Positions 40,215 through 52,500 of a stretch of DNA of 64,000 bases are shown piece by piece. This stretch comes from an uncultured Alteromonadaceae bacterium (lineage in GTDB: Bacteria; Pseudomonadota; Gammaproteobacteria; Enterobacterales; Alteromonadaceae). The translations under genes and the position numbers were made by a program. Below the pieces are notes generated by a model that was given only the letters and a program-made list of their open reading frames with translations, searched no databases and had not been told where the DNA came from. The stretch is from contig CALKGI010000018.1 in assembly GCA_938085045.1 (NCBI GenBank), forward strand, positions 1-64,000, given 5' to 3'. How positions within the stretch are numbered: position 1 is the stretch's first letter; the number at the start of each line of letters is the position of its first letter.

Positions 40215-41081
40215 CTATATATCGTTACGAATGATGACATCAAGACCAAAACAGTCACGACGGCTTTGCTGGTGGCTCAAAGGCTCTGAACCATTGGTGC
40301 GATTTTTGTCAGTAAACCAAACAGACCCTGCGGCACTTTGTGAACTGCATTCTAAAAATCCGTCAGAACAATTGTCGAGCCAGTTTTGAGTGGTTTCTAA
40401 TGCCACCTGATATTGGTAACCCGCGCAGTAGCTGTCGCCATCCCAAAAAGCTGAATCTACATCTGAGCCAACTACTGATTTAAAGTTTTTTGAAAGATTA
40501 GGTCGGCCAGAGGTGCCGTGAAGGTAGTTCTGGTTGTAATAGCTCATCCAGCTAACTTGTTGTTGGCGTACGGCATCTGAGTTGTAACCCAGTAACCAAC
40601 CCAGTGTTGATTCAAAAGCGTTACCTGCAATTGCTGCATCGGCCAATGGCGTGCCAGCGCTAGAAGGAGCCAATGCTGTGACGTTGGTTATGGCGTTGAT
40701 AATGGCAGGAAAACGAGCGTCAGAAGTTGGGTTAGACATTATCCAGCGAATGATGTTGCCGCCATTAGAGTGGGTAATAGCATACAAGCTGGTGATGTTG
40801 TTGTTTTGCATGTAGGTGGTTAATTGTGCGGCTAAGCAACCTGAAGCCGCTGCATCCCACATGAATTTATCGAAATTACAGTTGATCACCACGTAGTTGT
40901 TGCGATTGGATTGGTTTTTCATGACTGAGCTGATGAAATCACCGGTCCAGTAATCGTTATAGGCGTCAGTCTGATGACCAGTACCGTGAATGAATGCCAC
41001 ACCAGAATTGGCGAAAGCGGTGACTGAAAACAGTGATAGGACAGCCAAAGCGCCCCATTGTATCGTTTTGCAAATTTTCAT
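40215..41081 (-). CDS. Secreted alpha/beta-hydrolase (lipase/esterase-like)
   Basis: Signal peptide; GxSxG-type nucleophile elbow ITHSNGG. Confidence 0.55.
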   Translation of the reverse strand: MKICKTIQWGALAVLSLFSVTAFANSGVAFIHGTGHQTDAYNDYWTGDFISSVMKNQSNRNNYVVINCNFDKFMWDAAASGCLAAQLTTYMQNNNITSLYAITHSNGGNIIRWIMSNPTSDARFPAIINAITNVTALAPSSAGTPLADAAIAGNAFESTLGWLLGYNSDAVRQQQVSWMSYYNQNYLHGTSGRPNLSKNFKSVVGSDVDSAFWDGDSYCAGYQYQVALETTQNWLDNCSDGFLECSSQSAAGSVWFTDKNRTNGSEPLSHQQSRRDCFGLDVIIRNDI

Positions 41082-41405
41082 TTTATTGTTATCTCTATTT
41101 AGGATTTTTTATTGTTTTTCCCGTCTTTGCAATTGTCCGTTTTGTTCTTTTTAGCAGAGGTCTTCAGGTATGACCACACACCTCGTACCAGTCAATTTAT
41201 GACCAAATAAACATGATGTCAAGTGATAAATAAGAAAATAAATAGAAAAAATGTATGTAGGTGTGTCTAATTTTGGCTGGTTTGAAGGCAGCGGAATTGC
41301 CGGTTATTAACGCAAAAAAAACGACACCCAAACGGTTAGGAAAACCCGTTTAAGTATCGTTTTATATTAATAACGCAGTGTTTTAGAATACTGCGTTAAA
41401 TTAGC

Positions 41406-42893
41406 TTAACTGTTTGATTCAACAATCTTTTTCATGTCAGTCATATAACCACGAAGGACTTTGCCGATGACTTCAACGCCATGGCTGCGAATGTCTTCGT
41501 TGGCAGCAATTAAGCGGGCGTTATCAACACCATTTGATGGGTCTTTAATGCCTTCACCAAGCTGTTCAAGAGTCAATTTAGAAGCATATTCTTCCATCAT
41601 TGGCACAGCTTCATGAACAAACAAATAGTTACCGTATTCTGCGGTATCAGAGATAACCACGTTCATTTCGTAGAGTTTGTTACGAGCAATACAGTTGGCA
41701 ATTAACGGTGTTTCATGCAGTGATTCGTAGTAAGCAGACTCGTCAATAATGCCTGAATCAACCATGGCTTCAAATGCCAATTCAACACCCGATTTTATCA
41801 TCGCGACCATGAAAATACCTTTGTCGTAGTATTCTTGTTCGGTGATCTCTGTGTCGCAGTCTGGTGCATTTTCAAAAGTGGTATCTGCGGTTTCTTCACG
41901 CCATTTGTGTAGGTTCACATCATCATTATTCCAGTCTTCCATCATGGTAGCCGAGAAATGACCTTCGATGATGTCATCCATATGCTTTTGGAACAACGGA
42001 CGTAAAATGTCTTTGATTTCAAGCGACATGTCATAAGCCATCAGTTTGGCCGGATTTGACAAGCGGTCCATCATGTTGGTAATACCGCCGTGTTTCAAAC
42101 CTTCAGTGGTGGTCTCTAAACCAAATTGCAGTAATTTACGAGCCCAAGCAGGGTCAACACCTTGAGCAATCAAACGTTTGTGACCCAAAACAGCCGCAGT
42201 TTGCAACATGCCACACAAAATGGTTTGTTCGCCCATCAAATCTGATTTAACTTCGGCAATGAAAGAGGATTCTAATACGCCGGCACGGTCGCCACCGGTT
42301 GCACTGGCATAAGCTTTGGCGATTTTAAGACCATCACCTTGTGGATCGTTTTCTGGGTGTACGGCGATAAGGGTAGGCACCCCGAATCCACGTTTGTATT
42401 CTTCACGTACTTCTGTACCAGGACACTTAGGTGCAACCATCACCACAGTGAGATCTGATCGGATTTGCATACCTTCTTCAACCACGTTAAAACCGTGTGA
42501 ATAAGCCAGCGTTGCGCCTTGCTTCATTAATGGCATAACTGCTGTTACTGCCGAGGTATGTTGTTTGTCTGGTGTGAGGTTTAAAACCATGTCGGCATCA
42601 GGGATAAGTTCTGCGTAGTTGCCACATTTAAAGCCGTTTTCGGTTGCCCACTGCCACGATTGACGTTTTTCGGCAATGGCTGCGTCACGCAAAGCGTAAC
42701 TGATGTTGCAACCTGAATCGCGCATGTTCAAACCTTGGTTCAAACCTTGTGCGCCACAACCAACGATGACAATGTTCCAATCTTTGATGAAGTTACAGCC
42801 GTCGCCGAACTCTTCTCTTTTCATGAAACGACATTTGCCCAATTGGTCGAGTTTTTGGCGCAAACTTAATGTATTAAAATAATTATTACCCAT
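41406..42893 (-). CDS. ilvC: Ketol-acid reductoisomerase, long (class II) form
   Basis: N-terminus [24 protein letters not shown] parallels E. coli IlvC; Rossmann motif GCGAQG. Confidence 0.9.
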   Translation of the reverse strand: MGNNYFNTLSLRQKLDQLGKCRFMKREEFGDGCNFIKDWNIVIVGCGAQGLNQGLNMRDSGCNISYALRDAAIAEKRQSWQWATENGFKCGNYAELIPDADMVLNLTPDKQHTSAVTAVMPLMKQGATLAYSHGFNVVEEGMQIRSDLTVVMVAPKCPGTEVREEYKRGFGVPTLIAVHPENDPQGDGLKIAKAYASATGGDRAGVLESSFIAEVKSDLMGEQTILCGMLQTAAVLGHKRLIAQGVDPAWARKLLQFGLETTTEGLKHGGITNMMDRLSNPAKLMAYDMSLEIKDILRPLFQKHMDDIIEGHFSATMMEDWNNDDVNLHKWREETADTTFENAPDCDTEITEQEYYDKGIFMVAMIKSGVELAFEAMVDSGIIDESAYYESLHETPLIANCIARNKLYEMNVVISDTAEYGNYLFVHEAVPMMEEYASKLTLEQLGEGIKDPSNGVDNARLIAANEDIRSHGVEVIGKVLRGYMTDMKKIVESNS

Positions 42894-43364
42894 GGTTGTT
42901 CCTCTAATAAGCATTGACAATGTCAGTTTGCCTGACGGTAACTACAGCATAGTATAAAAATTTCATTGCGAAAAATGATTCTTTATTTTGTCGTACTGTT
43001 CGCACAAAAATGGCGCAAGCCATATGATATAACTAAAAGTTTTAGGCGGTCTGACCTGTTGTGTTTATTCATTTTTCTCTAGAATTATCAACTAGTAGCA
43101 TGTTCTTGTAGCCCTTATTGGCTATAGGTTTTTACGGGGTTTATTAATGATATAAAAATGCATCTTGATGATATTTTCAAGCATGCTTGACAACGTTGTC
43201 ACAACTGTGCTCATTTTGACAATTAATAACGGTTGACTTTCAAAGTCAAATAAAACAACAATGAAAAGACATCAGCTGATTACCCCAAAAATTTGAACCT
43301 AATTTTTTGAAAATAAAGCACAATTTACCAATTTCTGTTTAGAAAGCGAGCCTTAGCACAAGCG

Positions 43365-43442
43365 ATGAAAAACTTAACTGTCCTCAATATTATTCTCCAT
43401 ATCGTGGTGATTCTTATCGAATCGCCGCGGGGGTCTTGTTGA
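43365..43442 (+). CDS. ilvL: ilv leader peptide (25 aa, Leu/Ile/Val-rich)
   Basis: Translates to MKNLTVLNIILHIVVILIESPRGSC*; 14 of 25 residues are L/I/V; an intrinsic terminator follows about 35 nt downstream. Confidence 0.65.
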   Translation: MKNLTVLNIILHIVVILIESPRGSC

Positions 43443-43477
43443 GTTTAAAGTTAAGTAAAAAACGAATTCAACAAAAA

Positions 43478-43508
43478 CCCCCGCTCCGAAAGGACCGGGG
43501 GTTTTTTT
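43478..43508 (+). terminator. Attenuator terminator of the ilv leader
   Basis: CCCCCGCTCC-gaaa-GGACCGGGGG followed by TTTTTTT. Confidence 0.7.
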
Positions 43509-43833
43509 GACGTCCAAGGATGGGTTAAACCGATAATAAAGCGTTAGCAAATGTAAGACATGGCAATCATATTAGAGCGAAAAACGTACGATAAACACCT
43601 TTTCTAGTGTGAGATTTTTCTGACTCCGGGCCACCGTTTGCGCCTATTGTCGGGTTTATTATCAGGCTTTGGGACATCCGTGTTTTTATCGTCGTTTTTA
43701 GTGACTTTGTCGCTGTAATCATTTGCTTTTTGGGGTTTTTTGAACAAACTTTGGTTAACGAGGGTATAAGGTTGAAACACAGTATTTGCCTAACCCATAA
43801 GATAGATAACACATATTAGATCAGGAAAATAAG

Positions 43834-45687
43834 ATGCCCAAGTTAAAAAGCGCTACCGTTACCGAAGGTCGTAATATGGCCGGAGCCCGAGCCTTGTGGC
43901 GGGCAACCGGTGTTAAAGATAACGATTTTGGCAAGCCCATTATTGCGGTGGTGAATTCATTTACTCAGTTTGTCCCAGGCCACGTTCATTTGCATCCGTT
44001 GGGTCAATTGGTCGCCAAAAATATCGAAGAGGCTGGCGGCATAGCCAAAGAATTTAATACCATCGCCATTGATGATGGTATCGCAATGGGTCACAGCGGA
44101 ATGCTTTACTCATTGCCATCGCGTGACCTCATTGCCGATTCGGTTGAATACATGGTCAATGCACATTGCGCCGATGCCATGGTGTGTATTTCTAACTGTG
44201 ACAAAATCACCCCGGGCATGTTAATGGCGGCATTGCGTCTGAATATTCCGGTTGTTTTTGTTTCTGGTGGCCCGATGGAAGCGGGTAAAACCACTTTGTC
44301 AGACCAAGTTATTAAGCTCGATTTAGTCGACGCTATGGTCAAAGCGGTCGATCCGAACGTATCTGATGAAGAATCAGAAGAAACTGAACGCTCTGCGTGC
44401 CCAACTTGTGGTTCGTGCTCTGGCATGTTCACCGCCAATTCAATGAACTGTTTAACCGAAGCGCTCGGTTTGTCTTTGCCGGGTAATGGTTCAATGCTCG
44501 CCACTCATACAGGTCGTAAAGAACTGTTTTTGAATGCTGGTAAACGCATTGTTGAGCTATGCACCCAATATTACACAAATGACGATGACAGTGTTTTACC
44601 ACGAAACATAGCCACCAAAGCCGCTTTTGAAAATGCAATGTGTCTCGATATTACTATGGGCGGTAGCACCAACACCGTTTTGCATTTACTCGCCGCCGCA
44701 CAAGAAGGTCACGTGGATTTCACCATGGCCGATATCGACAGATTGTCTCGCTCGGTACCTAACCTAGCCAAAGTTGCCCCTTCTACCGCGCAATACCATA
44801 TGGAAGATGTTCATCGTGCCGGAGGCGTTATTGCCTTACTTGGCGCGTTGGCACGAGCCCAATTACTCGATACTAGTGTGCACCATGTGGCTGGCGGTTC
44901 ATTACAAGATGTTATTAATCAATGGGATATTTCTACTACCGACAGTGAAGCGGTTAAAACATTCTATAAAGCAGGCCCAGCGGGCATTCGTACCACAAAG
45001 GCATTCAGCCAAAGTTGTGTTTATCCCTCACTAGATGACGATCGTGAAAATGGTTGTATTCGAGACAAAGAGTTTGCCTATAGCCAAGATGGTGGTTTGG
45101 CTGTGCTAAGCGGTAATCTCGCGCCAGATGGCTGTATTGTAAAAACAGCGGGCGTTGATGAAGACAGTCTGGTGTTCCATGGTCCTGCGGTCATTTTTGA
45201 AAGCCAAGATGATGCGGTTCACGGCATTTTAAATAAAAAAGTGAAAGCTGGCGATGTTGTGGTTATTCGTTACGAAGGGCCAAAAGGTGGACCGGGTATG
45301 CAAGAAATGCTTTACCCAACTAGTTATCTTAAATCGCTTGGCCTTGGCGCCAAATGCGCATTGATCACCGATGGACGTTTCTCGGGCGGTACATCTGGGT
45401 TGTCTATTGGCCACGTTTCACCAGAGGCGGCAAGCCACGGCGCTATCGCATTGATTAAACCCGGCGATGATATTGCGATTGATATTCCCAACCGAACCAT
45501 CGATATAAAGATTAGCGATGATGAAATGACAGAGCGTCGCCGCGAAATGAACCAAAAAGGCAAAGCTGGCTGGAAACCTGAATCACGGGTTCGTCCGGTC
45601 TCTTTTGCCCTTAAAAATTATGCCATGTTTGCCACCAGTGCCGATACCGGCGCTGTTAGAGATAAATCGAAACTTGAAGAGGGGTAA
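43834..45687 (+). CDS. ilvD: Dihydroxy-acid dehydratase
   Basis: N-terminus [26 protein letters not shown] is near-identical in pattern to E. coli IlvD; CPTCGSC Fe-S motif. Confidence 0.95.
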   Translation: MPKLKSATVTEGRNMAGARALWRATGVKDNDFGKPIIAVVNSFTQFVPGHVHLHPLGQLVAKNIEEAGGIAKEFNTIAIDDGIAMGHSGMLYSLPSRDLIADSVEYMVNAHCADAMVCISNCDKITPGMLMAALRLNIPVVFVSGGPMEAGKTTLSDQVIKLDLVDAMVKAVDPNVSDEESEETERSACPTCGSCSGMFTANSMNCLTEALGLSLPGNGSMLATHTGRKELFLNAGKRIVELCTQYYTNDDDSVLPRNIATKAAFENAMCLDITMGGSTNTVLHLLAAAQEGHVDFTMADIDRLSRSVPNLAKVAPSTAQYHMEDVHRAGGVIALLGALARAQLLDTSVHHVAGGSLQDVINQWDISTTDSEAVKTFYKAGPAGIRTTKAFSQSCVYPSLDDDRENGCIRDKEFAYSQDGGLAVLSGNLAPDGCIVKTAGVDEDSLVFHGPAVIFESQDDAVHGILNKKVKAGDVVVIRYEGPKGGPGMQEMLYPTSYLKSLGLGAKCALITDGRFSGGTSGLSIGHVSPEAASHGAIALIKPGDDIAIDIPNRTIDIKISDDEMTERRREMNQKGKAGWKPESRVRPVSFALKNYAMFATSADTGAVRDKSKLEEG

Positions 45688-45690
45688 CCG

Positions 45691-47241
45691 ATGTCCACAG
45701 TAGTACAATCAAAGACCGTTGCAAGCAAAAAACCTGGTTACTTTCAACAGATTTTGCTCGCTCCGATCTATGATTTGGCCGTTGAAACTCCATTGTCGAA
45801 GCTAGACAAACTGTCTAGCCGTTTGGGTAATCAGATATGGTTAAAACGAGAAGACATGCAGCCGGTAAAGTCGTTTAAATTACGCGGTGCACATAACAAA
45901 ATCAAACAACTGACTGAACAACAAAAAGCCAACGGCGTTGTCACCGCTTCGGCGGGTAACCATGCCCAAGGCGTGGCGTTGTCTGGGTCTAAAGCGGGTG
46001 TTGAAGCCACTATTGTTATGCCAATCACCACACCTGAGATTAAGGTTAATGCAGTACGTGGTCATGGTGGCAAGGTGATTTTGCACGGTGAGTGTTTTGA
46101 TGAGGCTAACGACTATGCAAAGTCGTTGGCCACCGAACAAAACGCCACTTTTATCCCGCCTTTTGATGATGCAGATATCATTGTAGGGCAGGGCACAGTC
46201 GCCAAAGAATTGCTACAACAACATCCAGATGTTGATATTGTGTTTATTCCGGTTGGTGGTGGCGGTTTATTGGCTGGTATGGCGGTTTATATCAAATCGT
46301 TGTTACCCCACGTTGAAGTTATCGGCGTAGAGTTTGAAGAGTCGGCTTGTCTTAAAGTCGCTTTGGCTGCGGGCAAGCCGATTGAACTGCCATATGTTGG
46401 CCAGTTTGCTGATGGCATTGCGGTTAAACAGATTGGTAATGAAACTTTTGCACTGGCACAACAATATTGCGATCAGGTTATCACCGTTTCTAGCGACCAA
46501 ATATGTGCTGCTATTAAAGATATTTACAACGATGTTCGAGCCATTGCCGAGCCTTCAGGCGCTGTGGCGCTGGCAGGTCTTAAAAAATATCTACAACAAA
46601 ATAAGCTCGAAAACGTACAAGCGGCGGCCATTTTGTCTGGCGCTAACATGAATTTTGACACCTTGCGTTATGTTTCAGAGCGCACCGCTTTGGGTGAAAA
46701 AACCGAAGCGGTACTCGCGGTGACCATCGATGAGCAAAAAGGCAGCTTTCGGCGTTTTTGCGATACCGTGGGTCAGCGGATGATCAGTGAGTTTAACTAC
46801 CGTTATACCGACAACCGACAGGCCCAGATTTTTGTTGCTTTGAGGCTGTCAAAAGGATTGCCTGAGTTGGTGCAAATAAAGCAACAGTTAGCAGACCAGG
46901 GATACAGTTTTGTTGACTTGTCAGACGATGAGTTTGCCAAACAACATGTGCGTTACATGGTTGGTGGTAAACCACGTAAGGCGATGATAGAGAAAGTTTA
47001 TCAATTCGAATTCCCAGAACACTTGGGGGCACTGAAAAAATTTCTTAACACCTTAGGAGACCGATGGAACATTTCGTTATTTCATTATCGCAATCACGGT
47101 AGTGCAATTGGACAGGTCATGGCCGGTTTTGAAGTGTCAGAAGAGCAAACGCTGGCATTTCACCGTTTTTTAAAAGAATTGGGTTACAGCTATAAAGATC
47201 AATCGGTTAACCCCGGTTATCAGCTGTTTTTACAACATTAA
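45691..47241 (+). CDS. ilvA: Biosynthetic threonine dehydratase (with C-terminal regulatory ACT-like domains)
   Basis: 516 aa; PLP-Lys motif …SFKLRGA…; C-terminal region matches the regulatory domains. Confidence 0.9.
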   Translation: MSTVVQSKTVASKKPGYFQQILLAPIYDLAVETPLSKLDKLSSRLGNQIWLKREDMQPVKSFKLRGAHNKIKQLTEQQKANGVVTASAGNHAQGVALSGSKAGVEATIVMPITTPEIKVNAVRGHGGKVILHGECFDEANDYAKSLATEQNATFIPPFDDADIIVGQGTVAKELLQQHPDVDIVFIPVGGGGLLAGMAVYIKSLLPHVEVIGVEFEESACLKVALAAGKPIELPYVGQFADGIAVKQIGNETFALAQQYCDQVITVSSDQICAAIKDIYNDVRAIAEPSGAVALAGLKKYLQQNKLENVQAAAILSGANMNFDTLRYVSERTALGEKTEAVLAVTIDEQKGSFRRFCDTVGQRMISEFNYRYTDNRQAQIFVALRLSKGLPELVQIKQQLADQGYSFVDLSDDEFAKQHVRYMVGGKPRKAMIEKVYQFEFPEHLGALKKFLNTLGDRWNISLFHYRNHGSAIGQVMAGFEVSEEQTLAFHRFLKELGYSYKDQSVNPGYQLFLQH

Positions 47242-47266
47242 AAATCACACACTAAATGGTTATCAA

Positions 47267-48985
47267 ATGAATAGAGAATTATTATCCGGTGCCGAGATGG
47301 TCGTTCGGTCACTTCAAGAGTTAGGGGTTAAGCATATTTTCGGCTATCCCGGCGGTTCGGTGCTTGATATTTACGATGCCTTGTTTATGCAATGCGATAT
47401 GGAGCACATACTGGTTCGTCACGAACAAGCGGCGACTCATATGGCCGATGGTTATGCCCGAGCGACGGGTGAGGTTGGTGTGGTACTAGCAACATCAGGA
47501 CCGGGCGTAACTAACTGCGTAACCGGGATTGCAACTGCTTATATGGACTCTGTGCCAATGGTGGTGTTAGCAGGTCAAGTGCCCACTCATTTGATTGGTG
47601 AAGATGCTTTTCAGGAAACCGATATCGTTGGTTGTACCCGAACCATCGTTAAACACAGCTATAATTGTCGTTTAACCACCGACATACCCGCAATGATAGC
47701 CAAAGCCATGTATCTGGCCAAAACAGGGCGACCGGGACCGGTTGTTATTGAACTGCCCAAAGACATGGTTAATCCGTTAAACAAATATCCGTACCGTTTG
47801 CCACGTGACATTGTCATACGCTCTTACGATCCAAGGCCTGCGGTGCACAACGATCAGATTGAAGACGTTGTAAACGAGCTTAGTCATTCTGAGCGACCAG
47901 TTATTTACGCCGGTGGTGGCGTTGTAAATGCCAACGCCTCTGAATTATTGACTGAGTTTGCTGAAAAACTCAATGCGCCAGTCACCAATACCTTAATGGG
48001 ATTGGGCGGCATACCGGGCACTCATGAAAGTTTCGTTGGTATGTTAGGTATGCACGGTTCTGTGGTGGCCAATAAAACGATGGCCAAAGCTGATTTGATT
48101 ATTGCTTTGGGCGCTCGTTTTGACGACCGAGTCGTAAACAATGTCAACAAGTTCTGTCCTGACGCCAAGATCATCCACGTAGATATAGACTCCACCATTT
48201 TGGACAAAATCATCAATGCCAATATCGGTATTGTCGGTTCGCTTGATGATGTATTGGAACAAGTTATTGATCACATGGCATTTATGAAAATGCGGGTGCC
48301 TGTGCGAACGGGTTGGTGGGCAACCATTAATAAATGGCGCGAAGAATCTGCGGTGAAATACGTGCCAAGTGATGAAGTCATTAAACCTCAAGCCGTTATC
48401 GAAACTCTGTACAAGGTCACCAAAGGTGAGGCTTACGTGGCGTCAGATGTGGGTCAGCATCAAATGTTTGCTGCCCAGTACTACCCATTTGATAAACCAC
48501 GACGTTGGATGAACTCTGGCGGTGCGGGCACTATGGGTTATGGTTTTCCAGCAGCGATGGGGGCCAAGCTGGCCTATCCAGATGCTGATGTGGTTTGCGT
48601 TACTGGTGATGGTTCAATTCAAATGAACATTCAAGAATTGGGCACTTGTTTGCAACACGACCTTAATGTCAAAATCATCTCACTGAACAACCGTTCTTTG
48701 GGTATGGTTAGGCAGTGGCAAGATATGATGTATGAGAAACGTCATTCGCACTCTTATATGGATTCGCTACCTGATTTTGTTAAATTGGCCGAAGCCTATG
48801 AGCATGTCGGTATTAGAATCGAAAAAATGAGTGAGTTGGAAGCCGGGATTGAAAAAGCTATGGCGATGAAAGACCGCTTAGTTTTCGTTGATATTGTTAT
48901 TGATGAAACCGAACATGTTTACCCGATGCAAATCAAAGGCGGTGCCGTTGACGAAATGTGGGTTAGAAAAGGGGAGAAAGCCTAA
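47267..48985 (+). CDS. ilvG: Acetolactate synthase large subunit (IlvG-type)
   Basis: 572 aa; ThDP motif GDGSIQMNIQEL…N; N-terminal …FGYPGG…. Confidence 0.9.
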   Translation: MNRELLSGAEMVVRSLQELGVKHIFGYPGGSVLDIYDALFMQCDMEHILVRHEQAATHMADGYARATGEVGVVLATSGPGVTNCVTGIATAYMDSVPMVVLAGQVPTHLIGEDAFQETDIVGCTRTIVKHSYNCRLTTDIPAMIAKAMYLAKTGRPGPVVIELPKDMVNPLNKYPYRLPRDIVIRSYDPRPAVHNDQIEDVVNELSHSERPVIYAGGGVVNANASELLTEFAEKLNAPVTNTLMGLGGIPGTHESFVGMLGMHGSVVANKTMAKADLIIALGARFDDRVVNNVNKFCPDAKIIHVDIDSTILDKIINANIGIVGSLDDVLEQVIDHMAFMKMRVPVRTGWWATINKWREESAVKYVPSDEVIKPQAVIETLYKVTKGEAYVASDVGQHQMFAAQYYPFDKPRRWMNSGGAGTMGYGFPAAMGAKLAYPDADVVCVTGDGSIQMNIQELGTCLQHDLNVKIISLNNRSLGMVRQWQDMMYEKRHSHSYMDSLPDFVKLAEAYEHVGIRIEKMSELEAGIEKAMAMKDRLVFVDIVIDETEHVYPMQIKGGAVDEMWVRKGEKA

Positions 48986-49323
48986 TGAGACAAGTACTAT
49001 CCATATTGATGGAAAACGAACCCGGTGCATTATCAAATATGATTGGTTTGTTTTCTCAGCGAACGCTAAACATTGAAAGCCTAAACGTAGTGCCAACCGT
49101 CGATAGAACCTTGTCACAGGTGACGCTTAAAACCAAAGGCGATGAGCGTACAGTGAGGTTGATAGCAAAACAAATCAATCGTTTGATTGACGTGCTAAGT
49201 GTAACGGTATTGACCGACCATCCTTATCTGAAACTCGACTTTAAACCCGAAGCACAGATGGAGGATGATGAAATCGCCAAATCTGAGCCTATGGAGAAAG
49301 AAGAAGGTTATCGCATGCTTTAA
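48985..49323 (+). CDS. ilvM: Acetolactate synthase small (regulatory) subunit
   Basis: 112-aa ACT-domain protein overlapping the ilvG stop (ATGA-type coupling). Confidence 0.75.
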   Translation: MRQVLSILMENEPGALSNMIGLFSQRTLNIESLNVVPTVDRTLSQVTLKTKGDERTVRLIAKQINRLIDVLSVTVLTDHPYLKLDFKPEAQMEDDEIAKSEPMEKEEGYRML

Positions 49324-49365
49324 TAAATCGGCTTAGACCGCGTTATTTGGTGTGTTTTTATAATA

Positions 49366-49392
49366 AAAGGCTGTCTTTGGACAGCCTTTTTT
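49366..49392 (+). terminator. Rho-independent terminator of the ilv operon
   Basis: aaaGGCTGTCtttgGACAGCCtttttt. Confidence 0.8.
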
Positions 49393-49531
49393 AATGATAA
49401 ATTCGTGATGGTGTTTCATGGACGCCAATTATACTAAGTCCATTAATTCACAGGTCATTGATATCAATTGCGTTGTCATTTATCACCAAACTCGTTAAAT
49501 ATCATAGGGCTAGTGGCAAACTGATTTCTTT

Positions 49532-52500
49532 CTAAACTCGTTTCCTTCTGAACAAGCCCAGCGACATCATCAAAAAAGCAAACAACCCAAACGAACCACC
49601 TCCGCCACCGCCACTGTCACCGCTGTTGTTACCTCCATTGTTGCTAGAAGGCGCAACAGAACGGCTTGCATCTATTGGAAAAGCGTCGTTTACATCCGCT
49701 ACGCCATCGTTGTCATCGTCGGTATCGGCATTATTACCAATACCATCGCTGTCAGTATCAACCGATTCAGTCGGGTCTAGCGAGAATGCGTCATCGGCGT
49801 CTAAAACGCCATCGTTGTCATCGTCGGTGTCACCATTATTACCAATGCCATCGCTGTCGGTATCAATCGATTCAGTTGGGTCTAGCGGGAATGCGTCATC
49901 GGCGTCTAAAACGTCATCGTTGTCATCGTCGGTGTCACTATTATTACCAATGCCATCGTTGTCGGTATCGGTCGACTCCAGTGGGTTTAACGGAAAGGCA
50001 TCAAAGTCATCAAACACCAAATCCCCATCATCGTCAGTATCGGTATTGTTACCAATGCCATCGCCATCAGTATCGATGGTTTCAGCGCCATCCAAAGGGA
50101 AAGCGTCATTGATATCTAATACACCATCACCGTCATCGTCAGTATCAGTGTTATTGCCCACACCATCGTTGTCGGTGTCTATGGTTTCGGTTGAGTCCAG
50201 TGGAAGGGCATCGTCTTTATCCAATACGCCATCACCATCATCGTCAGTATCGGCATTGTTGCCTGTGCCATCACCATCAGTATCGATATGCTCTGTTGAG
50301 TCTAACGGGAACAAATCGTCAATATCCATTACTCCGTCACCATCATCATCAGTGTCGGCATTGTTGCCTGTGCCATCACCATCGGTATCGATATGTTCTG
50401 TTGAATCAAGTGGGAATAGGTCATCACTATCCAATACGCCATCGCCGTCATCATCAGTATCGGCAGTGTTGCCTGTGCCATCACCATCAGTATCGATATG
50501 TTCTGTTGAATCTAGTGGGAACAGATCATCAGTATCCAATACGCCATCACCATCATCATCAGTATCGGTATTGTTGCCTATGCCATCTGCATCAGTATCG
50601 ATAGTTTCATCGGGGTTCAAAGGCAAAGCGTCATCATCATCTAATACACCGTCGTCATCGTCGTCAGTATCGGCAGTGTTACCAACGCCATCTCCATCGG
50701 AATCGATATGTTCTGTTGAATCTAACGGGAACAGATCATCAATATCCGATACACCATCACCATCATCATCAGTGTCGGCAGTGTCACCAATCCCATCATT
50801 ATCGGTGTCGATGGTCTCATTCGGATCAAAAGGAAATGCATCTGTATTATCGCCTAAACCATCATTGTCTGTGTCCTTCGATTCAGTCGGGTCAAAAGGA
50901 AAGGTGTCATCGGCGTCAGATACGCCATCGTTATCATCATCGGTATCGGCATTGTTACCAATGCCATCATTGTCGGCGTCGTTGCTTTCGGTTGCGTCTA
51001 ATGGAAAAACATCATCGATGTCCAATACGCCATCGCCATCATCGTCAGTATCAACATTGTTACCGGTACCATCGCTGTCAGTATCCAGTGCTTCGCTGTT
51101 GTCTAGTGGAAAGGCATCATTTGCATCAAGTACACCATCGGCATCGTCATCAAGGTCAGCATTATTACCGGTACCGTCATTGTCAGTATCTATCGTCTCT
51201 GTCGAGTCGAGTGGGAATGCATCTTCGCTATCGGTCACGCCATCGTTGTCATCGTCACTATCGGCATTGTTACCCGTGCCGTCACTGTCGGTATCCATTG
51301 ACTCCGCAGAATCTAGTGGAAATACGTCGGCATTATCACCCACTCCATCGCCATCACTATCATTAACTTCAGTCTCGTCCAGCGGAAAATCATCATCAAC
51401 ATCTAGCACACCATCGTTGTCATCGTCGGCGTCACATGCATCACCAGTGTCATCAGCATCTGTGTCTAATTGGTTCTGATTTGCATCACTGGCGCAATTG
51501 TCACAGCTGTCGGTAATTGTGTCGGCATCAGTATCGAAAGTACTAGTATTATTGGCACAACTGGCGGTGCCTCTTGGTGACAAGATACTTAATACATTCA
51601 AGCTGATTTTGCTTACCTGAGCATCTGGCACCGTGTTGCTGTTGAGGTTCCACAGACCATCAGCCCAATCGATACTTGCCGCATTAAATACCTTTCCCAA
51701 AGCGCCTTGGGGTTGATACATAACGATAACGCCACTGTTACCGACAATACTAGTAGGTGTATAGCCTAAAATTGTCGTGCTGAGCTGCTTATTACCACCA
51801 GCATGGAGCTTCGGCTCACCGTTTACCCAATTAATGACAACACCATCAACTTCAACGCCCGCAATGGTCGCTGCCTGCCCCAACTCATCACCGTCATTTA
51901 ATCCAGTGCCTGAGAAAACCGGATTTTGGGTATGATAGACAGTAAACCCGCCGTATCCTTGTGAAGCCGGCAAAATATCTCCACGGTCGACATAACCGCC
52001 ATAACGAAAACTGACACCTATGGTGTTTTCTTCAGGATTGCCGGTTTGTAACAGATGAATTTTTGTTGTCAGCACGCTATTATCAACGCCATTCATTGGG
52101 TCCAGGGTTGCCGACTTATAACAGATCAGATTGTCACCTTCGAGCCGCACCTGCCACCACATAGTGTTGCCACTCATCACCATAAGATTACCACCAACTT
52201 CGAGGAAGCTATCAAGATTGGCTCGCATTTCTTTAGACCAATACTCACTGTGACCGGTGACCAATACCAATTCGTAATGACTGAGTAGGTCAGGGTCATT
52301 ATGCAAATCCAATATTGATGCATGTTCCAAAATAACGCCTTGAGCACTAGCCCATTTGGCAAATTCAATTTCTTTTGATGTTGAACCATTTTGATTGGGA
52401 CGGTTCTTGGCCACGGAGTGTGAGGCGAGACTATTTGTCGTGTTGTAGAGTGACTTGCCACCCCAATTATTGTAAGCCATTACGGTCGTGGCATTATCGA

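Noticed and set aside
43567-43812. 81-aa minus-strand ORF between the ilv attenuator and ilvD
   Set aside because: It has no SD, sits in a leader/intergenic region and has an odd composition. It is more likely untranslated leader.
49626-51479. 617-aa Ser-rich plus-strand ORF, and His/Arg/Cys-rich ORFs (49666-50112, 50191-50604, 50716-51366)
   Set aside because: These are antisense or frame-shifted readings of the tandem TSP3 repeat DNA of the minus-strand 1170-aa gene. Low-complexity repeats keep frames open artifactually.
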